From positions 6,386,001 to 6,450,000 of the forward strand of contig CDPCPM010000022.1 in assembly GCA_976551045.1 (NCBI GenBank): a DNA stretch of 64,000 nt. Direction: 5' to 3'. The translations under genes were made by a program, and so were the position numbers. The notes under the pieces were generated by a model. The model was not told where the DNA came from. It did no database searches and saw nothing but the letters and a program-made list of their open reading frames with translations. Every line of letters starts with the position of its first letter. The first letter of the stretch is position 1. This stretch comes from Glaucostegus cemiculus (Eukaryota). This document shows positions 53,925 through 64,000 of this stretch, in pieces.

Positions 53925-56810
53925 AAAATTAAAGTATGCTGGAAATATTCTGCAGGTCAGTCAGCAGCCCGGGAGCAAGGAGCAGAGTTAACATTTTGAG
54001 TGGATGACCTTCCACTGGAACCTGAAAAAGTTAGACATCAAACACAAGATCACAAGATAATGGAGCAGAAGCAGGCCAGTCGGCCCATCGAGTCTGCTCC
54101 AAAGGGAAGGGAGGGTGGGGAAAAAAAGAGGTTAAGGAAAAAAAAAACAACCTACTATTCTAAGTCCAAATCCCTGCCTTATCTCCATATCCCTTGATAC
54201 CTTGACCAATTAGATATCTATCTATTTCCTTCTTGAATATCCCCAATGATCTGGCTTCCACTGCTTTCTGTGGTAAGGAGTTCCACAGGTTCACCACCCT
54301 CTGGATAAAGAAATTCCTCCTTATCTCTGTTTTGAACCTGCTTCCTCTAATTCTAAGTTTGTGTCCTCTAGTCCTGGATTCCCCCACCAAGGGAAACAAC
54401 TTGACCACATTCATTTGGTCCATTCCTTTCAACATCTTGTATGTTTCTATTAGGTCCCCTCTCATTCTTCTGTACTCCAACGAGTACAGTCCAAGTGACG
54501 ACAGTCGCTCATCATATGTAAACTTTTTCATCCCAGGAATCATCCTAGTAAATCTCCTCTGAACCTTCTCCAACATCAGCACATCCTTCCTAAGGTATGG
54601 GGCCCAAAACTGCACACAGTACTCCAAGTGAGGCCTCACCAGTGCCCCGTATAGCCTCATCAACACTTCCTTGCTTTTATATACTATAAAACATGCTATA
54701 AGTTGAGGAGAAGGGGGAAAGAAGCAGAGAACAAAGGGAATGTCTGTAATTGGATGGTGACTGAATGATACAAATTGTGGTTGGTGCTGCTCTCTGAGGG
54801 AAGTTGGTAAAGGCTAATTAATAGAAGCTGATCTGTCTGGAGGAGATGTAAATAAAGAGAGATAAATTAAGAACAGAGATAAAAAATGAGAGAGAGAGGA
54901 GGGAATAACGTCATAACTGTGAGGTAATGAACACTGCTATCTTAAATAAAAGAGAATATTGGGAATACACAGCAAGTTAAGTCGCATCTGTCAAGAGACA
55001 AAAATAAATTAGGATTATACATTGACCTTACATCAAAACTGGTCAGTTCAGACACAAACTGAAAAGGCTGGTTATCTCAAAGGTTGAATTTAATGCTGAG
55101 TTCTGAAGCTTGTAATGTGCCTGATCAGGAAATGAGAAAATGTTCCTCAAGCTTTTATTGGGCATAGTTAGAATAGTGTAACAGGCAAAATACATAACAG
55201 TCAGAGTGGGAGGGGGATGGAAAATTAAAGTGATGGGCATCTAGGAGCTCATCTTATCCTGGCGGATTGAACAGGTGTTGTCCAAAGGAGTTGTCCAATC
55301 TGTCTTCAGTTTCTCCAATGTAGGGAAGACCTTACTGTGCACCGAATGCTGTGTGGTGAATTGAAGGAAGTACAAATGAATTGTTGCTTCATTTGGAAGA
55401 AGTGTTTGGGTCCTTGGAGATTGGGAAGGGAAGAGGTGAAAGGGCAGGATTTACATCTCCTGTCTTTAAATAGATAGAGGGCATGAGAAGGTATACATTA
55501 ACATCATTGATAATGAAGAGTGAACAATGGAATTGTGAAAGGAATGGTCCCCTTGGAATGCCTGAAGGTAAGAAGGAAAGGGGAATCTGTATCTGTCAGT
55601 AGCATCACATTGAACATAGCAGAAAATACAGAAGGTAATTCATTGAATGCTTAGGTTGGTAAGGTCAAGGGGAAACCTAACCTTGCTCTGGTTAAGAGAA
55701 TGGAGGTAAGAACAAGAACACACGAAATAGAACACATACAGTTGATATTTTTGTCAACTCTGGTGGAGGGGCAACCACAGGGAAGGAAAATGGAAGGCAC
55801 CTTGATAGCACAAGTATGGAAGGTCATTATAAGAACAGATACAACGCAGCCACAGAAACTGGAAGAATGGAATGGAGTCCCTACAGTTAGATGAGGGGAT
55901 GTGTAGTCAATGGTGAGTCTGCAGGCTTGTAATGGATGTGGTTTACTAAACCATTTCCTAGAGTTGGAGACAAAGAGGAAGAGACAGGATCCATAAAGCA
56001 TGCAATGTGTCCCCTTTTATCTCTTCCCTCCCCACTATCAAGGGTCCCAAACACTTCAAGCAAGTTAGTGTATTACTGCTCCAAGCAAGGTGAAGCAGTA
56101 ATACACTAACACTTCTTACAATTTATGGTACCACATCTGGTCTTCATGTGCTCTTCTCTACGCTTGAAAGATAAATGCAGGATGTCTCCATTTATTCTGC
56201 AGGAGTGGCCCTGAGTTTCCAGTTGCCTGTCACTTTAATTCTACACCCCACTCTCAGTCTGTCCGTTCTATCTGTAGCCTGTTCCACTGTTCCAATGGAA
56301 ACCAATCTAAACTCAAGGAACAGATCTCTTTTTCCAATTAGGCATGTTATAGCTTTCAAGACTCAATGGTGAATTGCAAAATTTCAGAACAGCAGTTTGT
56401 ATCAGAACTGGCCATCAACTTGTAACATTAACTGTATTTTTCTATCTTCACATTTGCTGCCTGCCTTTCCATCACTGTGGTGTTTGGTACTCACCCTTCC
56501 AACATTTTTTTTCTTCCCTGTCCTCATTCCTCACTCATTTACCTCTCCTGCAGATACATCAGCTGCAATAAACCAACCATCACCAGCAGCACCACCATTT
56601 GTCTCATTCAATCACTCTTGGTCTCCCACCCAATGACATCTCCACTCCTCCCCTTCTCTGTAACTAAAAACATGTGATTTCTAAATTTTCCCAGTCACCA
56701 GCAAAAATGTTCACCCTGCGTCTTCATTGATAGATAGATGCTGCCTGACCTGTTGAGTATTTCCAGAATTTTCTGCCTTTATTTCAAATTTCCAGCACAG
56801 CTTTGCTTTA
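53925..56810 (-). mobile_element. Penelope-like element relic (RT thumb/linker plus GIY-YIG endonuclease) with inverted duplication
   Basis: Minus 56000-55060 reads HYKPAD/IDYTSPH/DSIPFFQFLWLRCIC...RRCKSCPFTSSLPNLQGPKHFFQMKQQFICTSFN...GLPYIGETEDRLDNSFGQHL...KLEEH. The segment 56000-56810 repeats the GIY-YIG region and terminal repeat on the plus strand. Confidence 0.8.
54045..54688 (-). mobile_element. Relatively young CR1 3' fragment inserted in the Penelope relic
   Basis: Uninterrupted 168-aa frame LYGALVRPHLEYCVQFWAP...RRMRGDLIETYK...WNSLP; (atcttgtg)2 tail; AAACA duplicated at 54040-54044 and 54689-54693. Confidence 0.92.
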
Positions 56811-58377
56811 AAAAATGTTTCCATTATTGAGTGTTTACATTGGTCTTACAAACTACAATGGTTAAGGGAGATATGGAGGTGGATGTAGTTTCCCATTTTG
56901 ATAACAGGCTGAAACTGTACGACACAAGGTTACATTCTCCTTTAGATGACTCTCTTACAAGGCAGATCATCAGATACACTTCATGCTTTCATGAAGTGTT
57001 TTGGCTACACCTCTGACTGTCTCTCTTCCTTTCGCTTCTTACTCTTTCTCTAGCTTCTGAGATCAAGATCAGATTTTTCTGTTGCTTTTTTTCGTCTTTA
57101 TCTTTTTTGTAGGCATTCGATTTAATTCATTTAGGATCTTGTGAACAGTTTGCTTTTGCTCTCCAAACCTTCTCTAAGATATCTTTTCTCTGAATCTGCT
57201 CTGCATAATTTTCAAATTTTTCTTTAACTTTATCATGCTACACTACATACCTTGCACAGCACACTAAGGTAGGCTCAAAGCACATTCTGTTACAAAGTGC
57301 ACAGCAGCCTATTCAAGGGGTAAACCAGAGAGTACATATTTTAAAATGGTAAGATTATAGTTGAAACAACTTTACAAGTAGTTTTTTTCAACAGCAGACA
57401 TTTCAACTAAACTAAGCCTTTACCAATATACCAAAATCAGTAAAAGTGATTTAAAAACAGCAAGCTATGCATGTCCTGCAAGGGGTTGTCCTTTGGTTTT
57501 CATCTTATTCCCCATAGATTTATGTAAAGCCCAAGTGTGCCATTTTGTGCAAATGGTTTGTGACAAGGTTCAGTTCCTGTACTGGAAGTCATTTATCTTC
57601 ATCAGAGGTGATGAAATGATCCCTGACTCTTGATTATACTTACCATGTGTCTCCAAAGGCGTCAGAAGGTTGAAAATACAAGGAAAAATATAATGAGACT
57701 TGTGTAAGAGATATCTAACAGCTATGCATTCTAATTTAGGAAGAGCTTGACAAATATTCTCTGCAGAACAGCCGCTGATAGAATTAAAACAGATTTCTAC
57801 CCGTATGCCGATAGATTTCGGTGAAATCTTACACCTTGTACCTAAGTAATTTGAAGGCCAGTCATTTAAAATGCAGATAAATAACATTAACTCTGTTGTT
57901 TGGCACTCACCTTAGGTGTAAAGCTAGAGTCATATTGAAGACTATAGACCAGATATTTTGTAAACCTCAGCAACATCTCTGAGATATTAATAAACTACAT
58001 TAGGGGGTCACTTAAGAGAATTATCAAATCCACAGTAAGCTAGTGTAAGTTCCAGTAACATATGATAATTGGGTAGGATTTGTTAATTAATTCTTGCAAC
58101 ACCAGTAAGAATAGTTACCCGGATATTGATGCAAAGTAGCATTCTAAACAACCTAATGAAACAACTGGGCTGTATAATTAGACTGCAATGACAATGACAT
58201 GCTTACAAACATGAAGCTGGGATTATATTACTAAAGTTACAAACAAATACATTGAGAAACTGAATGGGCAAATTTCAGTAAGATGTTTACCAGGCATGAT
58301 CATTAAACTGCTTCTCAATTCAATATGAAAATCATAATTATCATAGACTAACCAGGCAAAGGTATCAACTGCCATCT

Positions 58378-58550
58378 GGCTGAGGAATAACTGACAAGGT
58401 TATTCAACATCTGTGCAAAGAACAGTCAACCTTTTGGGTCTTATTCATAATCAGATCTATGACAGCATTAATCAAAAAGGTTGATTGTAAACTGACTGTC
58501 CTATTGTGCATTACCAGCATTTTTCTTTGTTCAGATTTCCAGTGTTTGCT
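58378..58550. mobile_element. Highly decayed palindromic Penelope-derived element
   Basis: catctgtgcaaagaacagtcaaccttttgg ... caaaaaggttgattg ... ccagcatttttctttgttcagatttccag; same layout as 938-1100. Confidence 0.45.
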
Positions 58551-61189
58551 CTTTGTATTTATGGAGTGCCTCGCTTTTAATTTTCCATCTCCTTTTGCAG
58601 GGTGAGGCAGGAAAGGGGCGGGGTGGAGGAAATCAAACCGCTTCTATCCAGGTGGTCCAACGAGATTGGAAATATACATGCACCATGTTTCAGTTTGAAC
58701 TTGTACCCAACCTCTGCCTTTCTGTTTTCAGCCAGCTGTGGCAACAAGCTGATTCAAATCCACAGGGGTAAATTCTCTTCTGCAGCATGCCTGGCAGATT
58801 GTCATCTCCTGAGGGTGTATTTTGGGAATTGGGGCACATATTTATCCATCATCATGTTTCAACCTCTTTAGTTCTGGAAATAGCTGTTGCCAATATTAAT
58901 AGAATGCAATTCAGACACCTTTAAAACCTCCTTAATCTGCCATTTTAACATAAGCACTTACATATTTAAAATTTAGTAGGTCAAAGCTACTAGTGAACCC
59001 CTATATTAAACTAAGAAGAATACCACATATTTATTTGCTGATAATGCCAATACTAATTCAGGTCTTGCTCTTGTCACAACAGGGCTGAAAACCTGTCCTT
59101 TAAAACCACAAGGATGGTAAGAACCTTTTTGACAGCAGGGAACAGCATGGAGCCGATTCCTCCAGCTTTTCCTTTTACAAAATTATTGGGCCCTAACACT
59201 CCTGGGTCAAAGCGATGCATCCTGATGCAAGTTGCACTTCTAAGGAGAAGTTCTAGCATTTTCACATGGAAGTGCCAACAATCCCAGCAAATCCTTACTT
59301 TTCAATTATGAAAAACTTGAAGAGGAGACATACCAATGAGACCTTTAGTTTGAAAATATAAGAGCAAAATTAAACCACATCTCACCTTACAGGTGTCAGT
59401 ATAGGTAGGTGTCCTTCTGAACCACCACCACTCATTCCTTCAAAGTCAGCAGAACCAGGACAGGGCCCTTGGCCCAGTTATGAAGAGCACTTCTCTGCTG
59501 TCCACTTCCACTATGGTCTGTGACTGATAGTAAAACTTTCCCTTTCAATAGTGTACTGAATTTCCTCATAGTGGCATCCACGGTGTCAGTGTATTTACAT
59601 AATTAAGGATTACCTTTATTTCCCTTGTATATGAGAGATTAGGGTCCATCCATGCCATAACCTGGGCTGAATCCCATGGCTAACCTCACTAGAGCCATCT
59701 ACTGGACTGGTAGGCTATATTGTCACAGGTATGCCCAACCTCTCCAACATCGCTGACCCTGGTTAGGGCTCTTTCCCCTCTACCAGAGAGACACTCCATA
59801 GCAATACAGTGAGTTTAGATCTAAGTCAGAGCCATTTTGTCATATTCCACTCAGAGTCATGCAGCAGTGCATCAGAAGTGCCACAAATATTCAGCCCCAT
59901 ATGGTACACCATCTTTAAAACATTGTTGATGTAAACCCCAATGTTCCACAGGTGGTCCTATTAGAGCACCTGGAAGGAGAGATGTGGTTTAATCTTGGTC
60001 TTATTTTATCTATGTTTTTCACAATCAAGAAAGAATGCTGGCATTTTGGGTGGAACCGTTGGAATTTTTCCTCATAAATACCACTAACTGCAGGATTTTC
60101 ACATGAATTTGGAAGTCCAAAACTTCTTGTGCACTTTTCCTCAGTGACTTCTGCACTTCAATGTTGGGCTTTGCATAGAATCGCACCCATACTTGTGGCA
60201 TTTTATCCAGCATAATGTGCAAGGGGATCTCTCTACTGAACCTATGACAGATTAGACCTTGCGCAGGAGCAGCAGATCTATTCATTTTAATGGGACCAAG
60301 GCAAGTAATAGGTAATTCACATTGTTTTGAATTAATCACATTTACTTAAATGTTTTTAATATTTTTCAGTATTTCACTTTGTTTTTACTTTTTGATTTCT
60401 ATAACTTTAATTGTTTTGTTATTTTTCTTAGTTGTCGAATGTCTCTGAATATCAAGGACATTTAAAAACATTTGAAGTTTTTGACAGGTGTGGCAGCCTG
60501 CTAATCTGTGGGCACAGCTCAGCCAGCTAAGAAGTTTCTTCAGCTGTTTCATGGGCAGGACTTGTTCTGGCCCACAGGAGGTATTTTGCAGCACAACACT
60601 GTGCAGAGCTCTGTCACTGAGGAATGAGCTGGTATTTAGCAAAAAGCTGACAATGGTCTACAGAGTATATGCTTACAAGGTATATGGTTCACAGTGAACA
60701 TACGAGGCTCACTATTGGCAACAACGTTGTGTTGATCGACAGTTTCATATCATCAATTTATAAAAGGTTATATTTAAAAATACTAAATGCCACTGATGGC
60801 ATGTTCAGTTGGCTGGCGTAAATATTGACTATAAAATACTGGCTATGGCTCTGTTCTTCTCTATTTGTAACGACAGCAAAATGAATTGCAGTGAGTTTTT
60901 AATTTGGACATATTATTGTATTGTTCTGTATTATTGGGCCATCATTAAAACATCTACATTTGAGATATACATTTCATTGTTGGACCTGAAACAAAATACC
61001 AACATCATTCAGACAGAATCTGAACAAAAAAATAACTGCAACTTAGCAACTCTCATCATTGCTCTTTCATACAAGGAATAAAATCCATCACTTTTAAAAT
61101 CCATTACTAGCATAGAATCCTAGAGAAATACAGCACACAAACAGGCCTACCAGTCCACACCCAACATCAAGTAGCATAATGTACTGATA

Positions 61190-61400
61190 ACTGCCCTCAT
61201 TAAGCCATTATAAATCATCCTTTCACAATCACTCCCTTTGTTTCACATATCTCTTCCCCACCTTCCCTCCAACTGAAAACCTGCTTGCATCTCTCTCTTT
61301 CACAATTCTTAAGAAGGGTCTCAGACCCGAAACATTGCTTGTTTCTCTTTTCACAGAAGCTGCCTGACTGGCTGAGTTTTTCCAGCATTTTTTATTTTCA
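61190..61400 (+). mobile_element. Penelope terminal repeat with hammerhead-like motif
   Basis: aatt-CTTAAGA-a-GGGTC-tca-GACCC-GAAAC-ATT at 61304-61336, then cagaagctgcctgactggctgagtttttccagcatttt. Confidence 0.7.
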
Positions 61401-63030
61401 GGCTAGTAAAAGGAGTTTTATTTTCAATTAATTTTTGCAGTAGTTTAATTATTTCTGATTCATGTGCCAATATCTCCACGCTTCAAATTGTGTTCACAAG
61501 GAATTAATAGATATAGCTGCCGAAGTGGCTGCATCTTGTAATATCTAAAATCAGATGAGCAAGTGGCCATGATCTGATGGTCATGAGACAATATTGCCCC
61601 CATATTCAGTACAGCACTGACACACAGATCAGTGACAGCAGGTTCAGTACCTGAATTTTGCCGGATTGGTCCTTACAAATCAAACTTTGTAACTTAGCTT
61701 GACAGAAACTGAACATGGTCGTGACTGATCCACATTTCAAACAGCAGGTTTCAGATCCAATGCACAAATTAACTTACATATTTAAAAAACTTAGTGGTAC
61801 CATAATTTTGCTGAGTTACTTTTAATCATGATTATAAATTCTGAAACTACATTGTGGTCTTAATTTCTAGAAGACTGCACACAATACTTCCATTTTTTTT
61901 CTGTTTGAAAGCATTAAGTTGGTTACTTTACTCACATTAAGTGTCTCTATAAATGTTGGCTTGTTAAAATAATTGAAAGCGGGGCCAGTCTCAAATTCAG
62001 TAGAAGTGACAACTGTACCCTCAGATTCACACTTCAGCATGTTGCCATGGTACTTTGAAATATTTCAAAAGTACATAAAACTATTCAGTTTCAAAGCATC
62101 TGAGGGTGGGCATGGAGAGAGTGTGTAGTAAGCAATATTCTGTGTGTGGCCTCTGCTACTCTAACGTTTTCCTTGTATCGTAACAGAATACAATAAGGCA
62201 TGAACTTCTATGAAGGCTAAAGAGAACTATGGGCCAGGGAAAATAATTGTGCATTGACTTCTGAGAATGGACTCAGGCATGCAATGGCCTGGAACAAAAG
62301 GATCTGACGGGGGTTAACAATGATGGCATCATCCACCCCCTAAAGAAAGTTGGTAGTTAATTGCACAAGACAGAATTTTTTTCACCCACTGCAGCCTCTT
62401 GCTTCAGTTGCTGCATGCAGAGTGCAGTCAGTTATACAAAACTATTCTTAGGGAATAATTATACCAGGGGAAAAAAATCTGTGAAAATGGTAATTTTGCC
62501 AGCTAATGAGCTACAGGCTGCCCTGCTTGTCTCTCGCCTACCAATCTGCAGTGAGCCTTGACTCAAATGAAAGAAAATGCCGCAGAGTTCAGGAGAACTT
62601 GAGCAACATCTCAGCAGGCAGTAATTCAACTGAGAAGAATGAAAATCACAGCACAGTCCAGCCATGCAGTGGGTCTTAGCATGTTAACGGGAGCAAATGA
62701 GAGACCTCCATATCCCTGTTGGGTGTTTCCAACAGAGATACTAAACAAGAGTATTTTCTAAAATATATTTACAATGCCATTACAAAGATGTGCATTTTAC
62801 TAAATATTGTTTAGCTATATCCTGTACTGTAAGAATAATGCATGTATGAAGACACCATGTTGTAACATGGCTTTGTAACACTGAAGCACAAGTGAATCCT
62901 AAACAAATTGGTTTTGTTTGTGCACACAATAAGTTTAATTATCTGGCACTAATTTATGCAAACTAGTTTCATTTGGTTTAAAATGTTAATGTCTTCAGTA
63001 CCATAAATTTTAAAAGCTACAATATATTTA

Positions 63031-63175
63031 GGGACTGGGTGGTCCAATACGGTAAAACACTAGACTTTTCCCTGGAACACAGAATGGAATCCAGCTCCAA
63101 TATCAGTCACTCTCTGACTATCATTAAGATCTAAAATGAAAGAAATCTGGACGATCTTAACCAAGTTCACAATTC
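63031..63175 (+). mobile_element. Possible LF-SINE-like ancient SINE relic
   Basis: Starts gggactgggtggtccaat, then cttttccctgg...aatccagctc and aaatgaaa...tcttaaccaagttc, loosely collinear with the recalled LF-SINE 5' region. Confidence 0.3.
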
Positions 63176-64000
63176 ATTCACTGTCTCACTCAGAAAAGCC
63201 CTGAGGTGGCTGGCATCGAAAGTAAAAAATTCAAACTGATGCAAAAAGGAAGTGGTTGTTTGAGAATGGTGTTAATATACATTGCTGCAAATAGCACACT
63301 AGAAAGTTTGCTATCCATCTATTATGTGCCTCACATAACATAGGAATGCAGATGCTAAAGTCAGTTGTTAAGTAAAGAAAAGGAATTCCAGTCAACTTTG
63401 CGTAACTTCATGAATATGATAAATGTTCACATCAAAAGATTTGGGAAACTTTTAGTAATGTCTCAATTTCCACTAACTTTAAAACATAATATAAATATTT
63501 GGTTGAAAAGAGTCAGTTATTTTTCCCAAGTGAGGGACAATTAGCTCTCTCTATCTACAACTGGCCAATAACCTGAATAGTGTCTTTGCCTTTTCGTAAT
63601 GAGATCCTATTTCCTGGGCTACATCCTGTCATAGTCACAGACCATGTAAAGCATTCATTCATAAACCTTAAAGCACTGGAGTCAGTGCACATATAGTTAA
63701 CTGTCCTCCAAAAGTCACTGCATAAGTGCAAATAATTAAACAGACAATGAACAATTTACATACCAAGGCTTTACTCATATCAAATGACACAAATCTACTT
63801 AAGACTTATTTCACTAGTTTTTTTTTGCCTGTTTCTTTTCACATGGACATTAAAATATGGTTACCAATGGTATAATGGGATTTTTTTTCCTAAATGGCAC
63901 AACTGTGAGTTTATCACCAAGAATCAAACATAAGCCTTTTCCAACATTTTTACCCACCAATATTGTAACATTAGGCAAGGTTAAAATCCTAATGTATCAG

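Noticed and set aside
43432-64000. EphB3 exon 2 (expected ~65 nt, ETLMDTK...W...G-like)
   Set aside because: No matching minus-strand segment with splice sites was found by eye. The TKW-like ccattttgtg near 57540 lacks the surrounding residues. The exon probably lies beyond the window.

Overview
This is eukaryotic vertebrate genomic DNA, most likely from a cartilaginous fish (shark or ray), judging by the EphB3 sequence and the CR1, V-SINE, Penelope and Rex1 repeat complement. The window lies entirely inside one minus-strand gene, EphB3 (ephrin type-B receptor 3 tyrosine kinase). Twelve GT-AG exons, equivalent to exons 3-14 of the canonical 16-exon EphB structure, run from 43431 down to 258. 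They splice in phase into 2558 nt covering the ligand-binding, Cys-rich/EGF-like, 2x FN3, TM, juxtamembrane and kinase regions. Exons 1-2 and the SAM/PDZ exons lie outside the window. The introns hold many retroelement relics and a decayed PIF/Harbinger transposase. The most notable non-obvious signal is a dispersed family of Penelope-like-element (PLE) terminal repeats carrying minimal type-I hammerhead ribozyme motifs, with compensatory changes between copies. A 2.9-kb inverted GIY-YIG Penelope relic of the same family is also present. A Rex1 3' tail is inserted 10 nt from the juxtamembrane-exon donor and could create a kinase-less isoform. Repeat-family names come from recalled consensus motifs, not database searches, and repeat boundaries are approximate.
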